DNA of 33,786 nucleotides from assembly GCF_004010195.1 (NCBI RefSeq), contig NC_057719.1, forward strand, positions 92,059,393 to 92,093,178, given 5' to 3'. Numbering within the stretch: position 1 is the stretch's first letter; every line of letters begins with the position of its first letter. The notes under the pieces are model-generated. The model saw nothing but the letters and a program-made list of their open reading frames with translations, was not told the DNA's origin and did no database searches. Made by a program: the position numbers and the translations under genes. This document shows positions 22,481 to 32,300 of the stretch, piece after piece. This DNA comes from Chiloscyllium plagiosum (lineage: Eukaryota).

Positions 22481-23130
22481 AAGCAGGAGGATGGAAGAAC
22501 AGAGCAAGCCAGGCAGCATCAGGAGATGGCGAAGACTTTCAATTCCCCCAACCACTCTCTCTCCGACCTGACCATCCTTGGCCTCCTCCATTGCCACAAC
22601 GAACCGCAGCTCCTATTGGAGGAACAACACTTCATCTTCCATCTGGGCAACCTACAGCCCGGAGGACCCAGCGTTGAGTTCTCCAAATTCAAATAACCTC
22701 CCTCCCTCCCTCCCCATCCCCCGACTCCCTTCCCACTCCTCCCTGCCACCAACCAGATTCATTCCTCCCCTTGACCAACCAGGTCGTACCCTCTACCTGC
22801 CTTCACCTATGGAGACAGTGAGGTCTGCAGCTGCTGGAGGTGAGAGTTGAGAGTGTTGCTGGAAAAGCACAGCAGTTTCCTGCTCCTGGGATGCTGCCTG
22901 ACCTGCTGTGTTTTTCCAGCAACACACTCAACACTGCCTTCACCTATAGCCACTTCACCACCCTGTCCCCGCCTCCCCCTTTATTTGCAGCTCCCTCCAC
23001 ATCCATTGAAGAAAGGTTACACCCGAAACATTGACTTCTCCACCCCCTGATGCTGCCTGGCTTGCTGTGTTCTTCCAGACTCCTGCCTGTCTACTTTAGA
23101 TTCCAGCATCTGCAGTTTTTTTGTCTCCAA
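22481..23130 (+). mobile_element. Penelope-like 3' fragment (family A') with inverted terminal piece; decayed hammerhead 23006-23032
   Basis: FNSPNHSLSDLTILGLLHC..LEEQHFIFHLGNLQPGG; 22481-22534 is the approximate reverse complement of 23036-23089. Confidence 0.82.
22811..22933. mobile_element. 123-bp fold-back PLE terminal-repeat insertion nested in another PLE
   Basis: Reverse tail + inverted arms; exact 14-bp TSD CTGCCTTCACCTAT (22797-22810, 22934-22947). Confidence 0.85.
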
Positions 23131-23325
23131 CAGAAGGCAGTGGAAGCCAGGTCACTGAGTATATTTCAGACTGAGATCGATAGGTTCTTGATTGTCAAGG
23201 GGGGTCGAGGGTTATGGGGAGATAGCGGGAGAATGGGGTTGAGAAACGTCTCAGCCATGATTGAACAGTGGGGCAGCCTCAATGGGCTGAACGGCCTAAT
23301 TTCTGCTCCTATATCTTATAGCCTT
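23131..23325 (+). mobile_element. CR1 3' end
   Basis: QKAVEARSLSIFQTEIDRFL and CR1 3' UTR hairpin/tail. Confidence 0.88.
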
Positions 23326-23447
23326 AGTCTAGCGGCAAGGAAAGCAGCGATCCGAAAGGATTGTGTGCATTTGGTTATCCAACCGAAAGAAGACATTGGG
23401 ACCAATCTGAGACATCACAAGGAATCTGACCGAGTTTTGTTTCATTT

Positions 23448-23570
23448 TGTATGTGTGTCTGTGCGTGTGTGTCAGTGTGTGTCTGTATGTCTTGTGTGTG
23501 TGTCTGTGTGTCTCTGTGTGTCTGTACGTGTGTGTGTGTCTCTGTGTGTCTGTGCGTGTGTGTGTGTGTT
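23448..23570. repeat. Imperfect (GT)n microsatellite
   Basis: Direct inspection. Confidence 0.95.
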
Positions 23571-24398
23571 TGTTGGGAGGAGTGGAACATATAAAACAGA
23601 GCCAAATGTTACTGTGAGGAATATTTTCATTAGGCTCAACTTGGTCATCACAAGAGTGTGTCACTGTCTCATCCTACCGGCTGTAATGGCCAAGAGAGCT
23701 GGAAACCCTCATGTTAATGAAGGCTCAGTGTAACTATGAAACATGATCTCTATATAACGCAGAGAGAACGAGTTCTTTGCCCTAACTGTCATTTCCGTCA
23801 GGATCATTTGGTAAATAATCCTATGCAAATGCAATTGCTTCTATCAATCTGGCTTCACTCACAAGGATTTGGCATGCGTAGCTGTGGTTAAATTAAACAG
23901 CCCACTGTCTTCATGGAGAGAGAGAGTGAAAATAATTTTTGGCAAACTATTTCACCTTTGTTTACAAGCCATGAGTTTGGGAATTGTGTGTAATCGGTTA
24001 ATTGGCCTGATTAAAGACATCTGTGGCTTTGCATTGTCATAGGCAAGCAACGTTTGAGGCAAAACCCCTTTGATCAAATCGGGCTGGAATTTGCTGTGAA
24101 AGTAACGGCAGTAAAATCCATATTTCTGCTCTGACAGCGCAGTCTTTTCTGATTTGGGGGTCAGACACACAGTTAAATGCAGTTATCTAGACCTTCATAT
24201 ACATCTCCGGGACACACCTGCAGCAAAAAAAACCTCACCGCCCCATGGCCAACCACTTCAACTCCCCCTCCCACTCTGCCAAGGACATGCAAGTCCTGGC
24301 GAAAGTGAGGACTGCAGATGCCGGCGATCAGAGTCAAGACGAGAGTGGCGCTGGAAAAGCCCCAGCAGGTCAGGCAGCATCTGAGGAGCAGGAAAATC

Positions 24399-24426
24399 GA
24401 CATTTCGGGCAAAAGCCCTTCATCAG
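24399..24426 (-). ncRNA. Minimal hammerhead ribozyme, family A
   Basis: CUGAUGA-A-GGGC-UUUU-GCCC-GAAA-U-GUC. Confidence 0.75.
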
Positions 24427-24517
24427 GAATGAGCAAGTTATGGGCTTCCTCCACCACCAAATCCTGGCCTGGAGGGAGAACGCCTCATCTTCTGCCTCCC
24501 TTCAACCACACGGCATC

Positions 24518-24545
24518 CTGACGAAGAGCTTATCCTCGAAACGTT
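24518..24545 (+). ncRNA. Minimal hammerhead ribozyme, family A variant
   Basis: CUGACGA-A-GAG-CUUAUC-CUC-GAAA-C-GUU; compensatory GAG/CUC stem II. Confidence 0.72.
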
Positions 24546-24679
24546 GACCCTCCTGCTCCTCAGTTGCTGCCTGACCAGCTGGGCTTTTCCAGCACTACAT
24601 TTTTTGTCATGGGATCAATGTGGATCTCACCAGTTTCCTCATTTCGCCCCCCTCCCCCACCAAATCTTATCCCAGATTT

Positions 24680-24984
24680 GGGGCAGCACAGTGGCTCAGT
24701 AGTTAGCACTGCTGCCTCACAGCACCAGGGACCCGGATTCGATTCCAGCCTCGGGTGACTGACTGTGTGGAGTTTGCACATTCTCCCCGTGTCTGCGTGG
24801 GTTTCCTCCGGGTGCCCTGGTTTCCTCCCACAGTCTGAAGATGTGCAGGTCAGGGTGAATGGCCATGTTAAATTGCCCATAGTGCATTAGTCAGAGGGAA
24901 ATGGGTCTGGGTGGGCGTGGACTGGTTGGGCCGAAGGGCCTGTTTCCACACTGTAGGGAATCTAATGTAATCATCTAATCTAAT
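24680..24984 (+). mobile_element. HE1-type SINE, full length
   Basis: tRNA head, core, CR1-like tail and (CTAAT)n end. Confidence 0.92.
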
Positions 24985-25404
24985 CCGTCCCTCCAACTCA
25001 GCACCGCCCTCATGACCTGTCCTACCTGTCCATCTTCCTTCCCGCTTATCTGTTCCACCCTCCTCTCCGACCTATCACCATTAGCCCCCATGTTCGACTA
25101 CCCATCGCATTCCCAGCTACCTTCTCNNNNNNNNNNNNNNNNNNNNNNNNNNNNNNNNNNTAATGAAGGGCTTATGCCTGAAATGCCGAATCTCCTGCTT
25201 CTCGGATGCTGCCTGACCCACTGTGCTTTTCCAGCACCATACCTTTTAACTCATATGCAGACCACATTGTGCTCCTCTGATGTTAATGCCATCAGAACGG
25301 CAACTCTCTGCCTGGCTCGTCATTAGGGGTACAAGAACGGTGCGAGGTTGCTGTATGGTGAGTGGCGCACTAAATTTACCACACGTGCTTTGAGCCATTA
25401 ATTA

Positions 25405-26135
25405 TCGTCATACAGCACGGAAACAGACCCTTTGATCCCACCAGTCCATGCCGACTGCAATCTCAAACTAAACTAGTCCCATCTGCCTGCACTTGGCCCA
25501 CATCCCTCCAACCATGTCTTAATCATGTACTTATCCAAATGTCTTTTAAATGTTGTAACTCTACCCGCATCTATCACTTCCTCTGGGAGTTCAATCCACA
25601 TTCATTGTAAGAAAAACAAGGTTCCCTGTGTGTCTTTTGTAGATCTTTCACCTCTCACCCTCTAGTCTTGAACTCGCCACCTCTCCCCCCCGCCCCTCCA
25701 TCCTCCCAGAAAAAGATACCTTCCATTCACCTTATCTATACCCCTCATGATTTTATTAACCTCTATACGGTTACCCCTCAATCTCCTACACAAGTGTCTC
25801 AGCCTGTCCAGCCTCTTGTTATAACTCAAAGCCTCCGGTCCTGGCAAATCTCTCCTGAACCCTCTTCGGTTCCTATAGCAGGGCAACCAGAACTAGGCAC
25901 AGTATTCCAGAAAAGGTCTCACCGGTATCTTGCATGGCCATAACATAACAACCCAACTCCTATACTCAAAGGTCTGGGCATTGAAAGCCTGATAAATGCC
26001 TTTCAAACAACCTGTCTATATGTGACGCAAACTTTAAGTAATTATGTACCTTGAACCCCTAGGTCTGTCTGTTCTGCAGTGCTACCCAAGGCCCTACTTT
26101 TAATTAATAAGTTCTGCCCATGTTTACTGCCCCAA
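25405..26135 (-). mobile_element. CR1-clade LINE 3' fragment
   Basis: LSYNKRLDRL..RRLRGNRIEVNKIMRGIDKVN; CR1 3' UTR near 25405-25500. Confidence 0.85.
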
Positions 26136-26324
26136 ATATCCTTATCAATTACTGCCAGGCAATCTCGCTGGCATTTTACCTACACAGTTCACAGCGTGGA
26201 GTCTCCTTCTGTCAGATTTTAATCGTTGGTGATAACTCTAAAATTAAGGATTTGAGTACAGGAGCAACAATGTCTTGCTGCAATTGTCCAGGACAAAAAA
26301 GGGTGAGACTATTTTCCACTTTTG

Positions 26325-26595
26325 AACATTAGAACGGCACATCTCAGGAACAGGCCCTTTGGCCCACCATGTCTGGACCAACCACAATGCTGTTCTAAAC
26401 TAATTCCATCTGCCTGCACATGGTCTTCATCTCTCTGTTTCCTGCCTGTTCCCATGTCTGTCCAAATTCCTCTTCTACGTTACAATCATCTCTGCTTCTC
26501 CCACCTCTCCAGGCAGCACGTTCCTCACACATATCTTTCAACTTACCCCTTCTCACCTTAAACCTATGCCCCCTGGTATTTAACATTTCCACACT
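26325..26595 (-). mobile_element. CR1 3' end
   Basis: NTRGHRFKVR and 3' UTR. Confidence 0.85.
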
Positions 26596-26599
26596 TAAA

Positions 26600-28335
26600 T
26601 AGAGTAAGATTAAGGCCTGTCAAAGACAGTTGTGTATGGATAGCAGAGACGCTAAATGAATATTTTTTGTCAATAAAAAGACAATGTTGTTGAGGAGAAC
26701 ACTGAGATACAGGCTATCAGACTAGATGGGATTGAGGGCCATAAGGAGGAGGTGTTAGCAATTCTGGAAAGCGTGAAAATAGGTAAGTCCCCTGGGCCGG
26801 ATGGGATTTATCCTAGGATTCTCTGGGAAGCCTTGGAGGAGATTGCAGAGCCTTTGGCTTTGATCTTTATGTCGTCATTGTCTACAGGAATACTGTCAGA
26901 AGACAGGAGGGTAGCAAATGTAGTCCCCTTGTTCAAGAAGGGTCCCTGGTAATTATAGACCTATGAGCCTTCCTTCATTTGTGGGTAAAGTGTTGGAAAG
27001 GATTATAAAAAATAGGATTTGTAATCATCTAGAAAGGAATAAGTTGATTACAGATAGTCAAAACAGTTTTGTGAATGGTGGGTTGTGCCTCACAAACCTT
27101 ATTGAGTTCTTTCAGATGGTAACCAAACAGGAGGATGAGGGTAAAGTGGTTGATGTGGTGTATATGGATTTCAGTAAGGCATTTGCTAAGGTTCCCTGTG
27201 GTAGGCTATTGCAGAAAATACGGAGGCATGGGATTGAGGGTGTTTTAGCGGTTTGGATCAGAAATCGACTAGCTGAAAGAAGACAAAGGGTGGTGCTTGA
27301 TGGGAAATGTTCATCCTGGAGTTCAGTTACTAGTGGTGCACCGCAAGGATCTGTTTTGGGGCCACTGTTGCTTATCATTCTTATGTATGACCTGGAGGAG
27401 GGCGTAGAAGGATGGGTTAGTCAATTTGCGGATGACACTAAGGTCAGTGGAGTTGTGGATTAGTGGTAGTCCACAAACCCACCAACACACTAAAACAGCA
27501 GCTACTGAACTTGAAAGACCCAATACAGACAACAAGCAAAACTATTGTCATATACAAAATACCGTGCAAGAATTGTAACAAACACTATATGGACAAACAG
27601 GCAGAAAACTAGCCACCAGGATACATGAACATCAACTAGCCACAAAAAGACATGACCCTCTCACGAGTATCCTTACATATAGATGAGGAAGGACACCACT
27701 TCGACTGGGACAACACATCCATCCTAGGACAAGCCAAACAGTGACATGCACGAGAAATCCAAGAAGCATGGCATTCCAACCAGAACTCCATCAACAAACA
27801 CATTGACTTGGACCCCATTTACCACCCCCTGGCAAAAAGAACAGGAAATGACATCACCACAGGAAATGACATCACCAACCCGAGGATACCTAAACACATA
27901 AATAGAAAGTGGACCATGCTACCAGTGCTTCATTGGAGGCTCACTGATGATGATACCTAGTAATGTGACGAAACATGTGAAACCAAACTTTCCAACTCAG
28001 CGAGCAAACTTACATTCAAATTACCTAAGGTGGACAGTGAAAGCCTTTTTCCTCGGATGATGGCTAACATGGGGGGGACATAGCTTTAAGTTGAGAGGTG
28101 ATAGATATAAGACAGATGTCAGCGGTAGTTTCTTTACTCAGAGAGTAGTAGGGATGTGGAACGCATTGCCTGCAACAGCAGTAGACTCGCCAACTTTAAG
28201 GGCATTTAAATACTCATTGGACAAACATGGATGAAAAGGGAATAGTGTAGGATAAATGGGCTTCAGATCGGTATCACAGGTCAGTGCAACATCAAGGGCC
28301 CAAGGGCCTGTACTGCGCTGTAATGTTCTATATTC
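26600..28335 (+). mobile_element. CR1-clade LINE RT fragment, interrupted by a Penelope insertion
   Basis: KSPGPDGIYPRIL, ANVVPLFKKG, CLTNLIEFF, YMDFSKAF, GAPQGSVLGPLL, FADDTK; 3' end 28028-28335. Confidence 0.95.
27462..28022 (+). mobile_element. Penelope-like element 3' fragment (family C, GIY-YIG) with decayed hammerhead 27944-27977
   Basis: VIYKIPCKNCNKHY(I)GQTGRKLATRIHEHQLA..GHHFDWDNTSILG; UCA-CUGAUGA-U-GAUAC..GUGAC-GAAA-CAUG-UGA; 18-bp tandem duplication 27841-27876. Confidence 0.88.
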
Positions 28336-28604
28336 ACACAGGGTAAAAGCCTACGGCTATCCATTGTATCCAAGGTTGTGGCTCTAACTCCACTCTCCTG
28401 CCCATACCCCTCTCATTCACCCACTGGTGACTCCCATCTCAATCAAACCTCTCTCACTCTCAGTCTGGAATATGTTCAGCCCCTACTGCTGTTTGATTGC
28501 AATTAATTCTGAAGCCTTCTCTTAGGCCTTCTCAGAGAAGAAACCCTTCCTTATCTCCATCTTTGATAGCAGACTCTTTACCTTCAAACTGGGTCCTAGT
28601 TATA

Positions 28605-29390
28605 GATTCATCGATATATAACACAGAAACAGATCCTTCGGTCTAGCTCGTTAATGCTAATAATATGACCCATAGTCCCATTTGCCAGCACTTGGCCCAT
28701 ATCCCTCTAAACCCTTCCTATTCATATACCAATCCAGATGCCTTTTAAATGTTGCGATTGTACCAGCCTCCACCACTTCCTCTGGCAGCTCATTCCATAC
28801 GCGCACCACCGTCTGTGTGAAAACGTTGCCCTTTAGTTCCTTTTCATATCTTTCGCCTCTCACCCTAAACCTGTGCCCTCTAGTTCTGGACTCCCCCACC
28901 CCAGGGAGAAGACTTTGCCTATTTACCCTATCCATGTCCCTCATGATTTTATAAACCTCTGTAAGGTTACCTCTCAGCCTCTGACGATCCAGTGAGAGGA
29001 GACCCTGTCTATTCAACCTCTCCCTATAGCTCAACACTCCAACCCTGGCAACATCCTTGTAATTCTTTTCCGATCCCTTTCAAGTTCCATAACATTCTGC
29101 TGACAGGAGGGAGACCAGAATTTCACGCAATATTCCAAAAGTGGCCTAACCAATGTCCTGTACAGACGCAACATGACCTCCCAACTCCTGTACTCAATAC
29201 TCTGACCAATAAAGGAAAGCATACCAAACGCCGCCTTCACTATCCTATCTACCTGCGACTCCACTTTCAAAGCATTATGAACCGGCCCTCCAAGGTCTCT
29301 TTGTTCAGCAACACTCGCCAGGACCTTACCATTAAGTGTATAAGTCTTGCCCTGATTTGCCTTTCCCAAAATGCAGCACCTCATTGGATT
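28605..29390 (-). mobile_element. CR1-clade LINE 3' fragment (relatively young)
   Basis: LYRTLVRPLLEYCVKFWSP, SRTRGHRFRVRG, FTQTVVRVWNELP. Confidence 0.95.
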
Positions 29391-29544
29391 CTCCTGCAAG
29401 GGAAACTCCTTCTTTGCATTTGCTATGTTGAGTCCCCTCAGATTCTTACATGTTTCAATAGGATGATGTCTCCTTCCCCTGACCTCGAAGGAATTTAGGC
29501 TCTACCTTGCCTGAAGATAAACCCTTCATCAACCTGGCGAGAAA

Positions 29545-30065
29545 AACTGCGTTCCATTCTGGTCACCACATTACAGGAAGGGTGTGGAGGCTTTGGAGAG
29601 GGTGCGGAAGAGGTTTGCCAGGACTCTGCCTGGATTAGAGGGTACGAGCTATAAAGGGGAGGCTAGAAAAACTCAGATTGCTTTCTCTGGAGCGACGGAG
29701 GCTGAGGGGAGACTTGAGAGAAGTCTCTAAAATTATGCGATACATGGCTAGGTTTGACATTCAGAAGCTTTTTCCCAGCATTGAAATGGCTAATACTAGG
29801 GGGCATGCATTTAAGGTGAGAAGGGGAAAGTTCAGAGGAGCCTTGAGGGTCAAGTTTCTTTTCCATAGAGTGGTAGGAGTCTGGAACATGCTGCGAGGGT
29901 GTTGTGGTTGAGACGGATATGATAGGGTATTTAAGCTTTTAGATTAGCATATGAATATGCAGGGAATGGAGGAATATGGACCAAGGGCAGGCAGAGGGAT
30001 TAGTTTCTTTTGGCGTTACGTTCGGCACAACATTGTGGGTCTGTGCTGTACTGTTCAGTGTTCAT
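29545..30065 (+). mobile_element. CR1 3' fragment
   Basis: SLERRRLRGDLREVSKIMR..ANTRGHAFKVR. Confidence 0.9.
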
Positions 30066-30099
30066 CTCAGAATTCAGCTAAGTGAACAATCTATGAGCT

Positions 30100-30930
30100 G
30101 CTTTTAATGCAAGCTTGTCCCTTAATTAAAAACTGCACACAGTACCCAAGGTCCTGTACAGCTTTGGAAGAATCCCCTTCTTTGTACTTTTTCTGCTTTG
30201 TTATAAAGGACGACATATCATTTGCCTTCCTAATTACTTGATGTTACTGCATGTTCACCTTTTGGGATTCATGCGCAAGGACATCCAAATTTCTCTGTAC
30301 TGTCTCGTTCCACCGTCTTATTAAACAATTCTCTGCTTTTCCCTTCTTCCAGATACAACAGACAGCTTCATGTTAGGCTTAATTAAGTCCATTTTCTTTA
30401 TGCGCTCGTGTAACCTGTCATCTTCCCTTTGTACACTCTTTGTCTCCTCCTCGCAACTTGCATTCCCACGTATACTTGTATCACCGGCAAATCTGGCTAC
30501 GATATTATCAGTCCTGAACATAGATTGCGAATTGTCGAGAACCAGTCACTGATCAATGCTGCACTCTGGTAGTTCCTATTTGCCATCCTGTATAAGGCCC
30601 AGCTACTCTGATTCTCCATTTTGTGCACCTTTTATGAGGCACTTTATCAAATGGCTTTTGGAAAACTAAATACATTACACCTACTGGTTTCCCCTTATCC
30701 ACCCTGCGGATTGTTCCTCAAGTGACGCTCATAATTTTGTCGAATACAATTTCCCTTTCACAAAACATCATTGGCTCTGCCTGATTGTCTTATGATTTTT
30801 AAAAATCTTTTGCTACTGCTTCCTTAGTAATGGATTCTAACATTTCCCCAATGATAGATGCTGGGCTAACTAGCCTGTAGATACCTGATTTGTCTCTCTC
30901 TCTTTATGGAATAGAGGTGTTACATTTATC
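30100..30930 (-). mobile_element. Old CR1 RT fragment
   Basis: Minus strand VDKGKPVGVMYLVFQKPFDKV (~30640-30700) and VARFAGDTSI (decayed FADD). Confidence 0.75.
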
Positions 30931-31109
30931 ATACTGGTACTTGTTTATTTCTAAACAAGTGCTTGGCCATACAGAACTTAAATATTGGTAAAAGGAGACA
31001 AGTGGTTCAAACTTTTCATCTTCTACGCAACAGGACTAGAAGGAAGAAACACACTTGAGAAGAGGGATACCAATTTATCCAGCTTGAGAAAGGTGTGTTG
31101 GTTGGTTAG

Positions 31110-31625
31110 GCCACTTGAATACTGCATTCAATTCCTGCCTCCCTCCTACAGGAAGATCTGGTGAAACTTGAAAGGGTTCAGAAAAGATTTACAAGGATGT
31201 TGCCAGGGTCAGAGGGTTTGAGACACAGGGAGAGGCTGAATAAGCTGGGGCTGTTTTCCCTGGAGCGTTGGAGGCTGAGGGCTGACCTCGGAGAGGTTTA
31301 TAAAATCACGAGAGGCAAAGATAGGGCCCTCGGGTGGGGAGTCCAAAACTAGAGGGCATAGCTTGAAGGTGAGAGGGGAAAGATTTAAAAGGGATCTAAG
31401 GGGCAATGTTTTCACGCACAGGGAGATGCAGATATGCAATCAGCTGCCTCAGGAAGTGATGGAGGTGGGTGCAACTCCAACATTTAAAAAGCATCTGGAT
31501 GGGTATGTAACTAGGAAAGGTTTAGAAGGATATGGGCCAAATGCTGGCAAATGGAACTAGGTTGATTTAGGATATCTGGTCAGCATAGACAAAGAGTCTG
31601 TTTCAATGCTGTACATCTTGATGAC
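31110..31625 (+). mobile_element. CR1 3' fragment
   Basis: KLERVQKRFTRMLPG, FKRDLRGNVFTHR. Confidence 0.92.
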
Positions 31626-31631
31626 TCAATC

Positions 31632-31703
31632 CTGATGAATTGCTTATGCCCGAAACGTCGATTCTCCTGACCTGCTGTGCTTTGCCAGCGCCACAATCTC
31701 GAC
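31632..31703 (+). mobile_element. Short PLE terminal-repeat piece beginning at a hammerhead core (31632-31659, stem II damaged)
   Basis: AAUC-CUGAUGA-A-UUGC-UUAU-GCCC-GAAA-C-GUC-GAUU; ends CCACAATCTCGAC without tail. Confidence 0.78.
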
Positions 31704-32142
31704 TGCCTGTGACTCCACATAATGCAACAGTTAACTGTCAATGTTTAGTTTCAGACCAGACAGGCAGATTCTGATTGGTTAGGATGTTGCCATGGCAATG
31801 CAATCGAATTTGGCAGTTTCCCTCATGGAAGAGCTGCAGTATCTGTATGATCCTGTTTGCCAACATAAAGCAGGGTGCTGTGTGTGTTTCATGCGGCTTC
31901 CAACACGTGCAATTAATTAATATGTTTTCTATCTTGCAATAACAGGGATACATTTATATAGCACCTTAAGACCTGGCATGTAGTCAAGCTGAAGTTGATA
32001 TTGGAGCAAAGAAGGAAACAATGGTTACTGATGGGGGCGGTTGGTAGGAGTCTTCAAGAGGGAATATGATAAGTTCTCAAAGGAGAGAAAAATTGTCCAA
32101 TTACATGTGAAAACTATGATAATTATATATGTACAGTACTAC

Positions 32143-32300
32143 ATGAATTGAATTGAATTAGCTTTATTGTAACATGGCAAGTGCAGTGAAACGTTTGTGG
32201 TGTCGTCATTTACGGCTCCATGCTTGGTACAAACACTTAAGAATTTGGGATAAAATAGAAAAACATTAATAAATAAAAAGTTCAGCGTAAGATTAGAAAG
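32143..32300 (-). mobile_element. Probable 3' end of an unclassified non-LTR retroelement
   Basis: Minus strand AATAAA followed by an (AATTC)n tail; family not identified and extent uncertain. Confidence 0.45.

Larger units (their letters stand above)
24201..25250 (+). mobile_element. Penelope-like 3' fragment hosting two PLE terminal-repeat insertions and a SINE; decayed hammerhead 25161-25187
   Basis: MANHFNSPSHSAKDMQVL...; nested inserts ~24300-24431 (-) and ~24518-24607 (+) with imperfect TSDs; ends CCAGCACCATACCTTTTAAC. Confidence 0.82.

Noticed and set aside
23050..23733. 227-aa ORF with Cys/Val-rich stretch
   Set aside because: Chimera of a PLE repeat, a CR1 3' end and a (GT)n microsatellite.
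26963..27463. RT ORF as a functional gene
   Set aside because: Fragment of a frameshifted, interrupted CR1 ORF2.
29511..29545. CTGAAGA / CCCTTCATCA as another hammerhead
   Set aside because: No stem II followed by GAAA on either strand.
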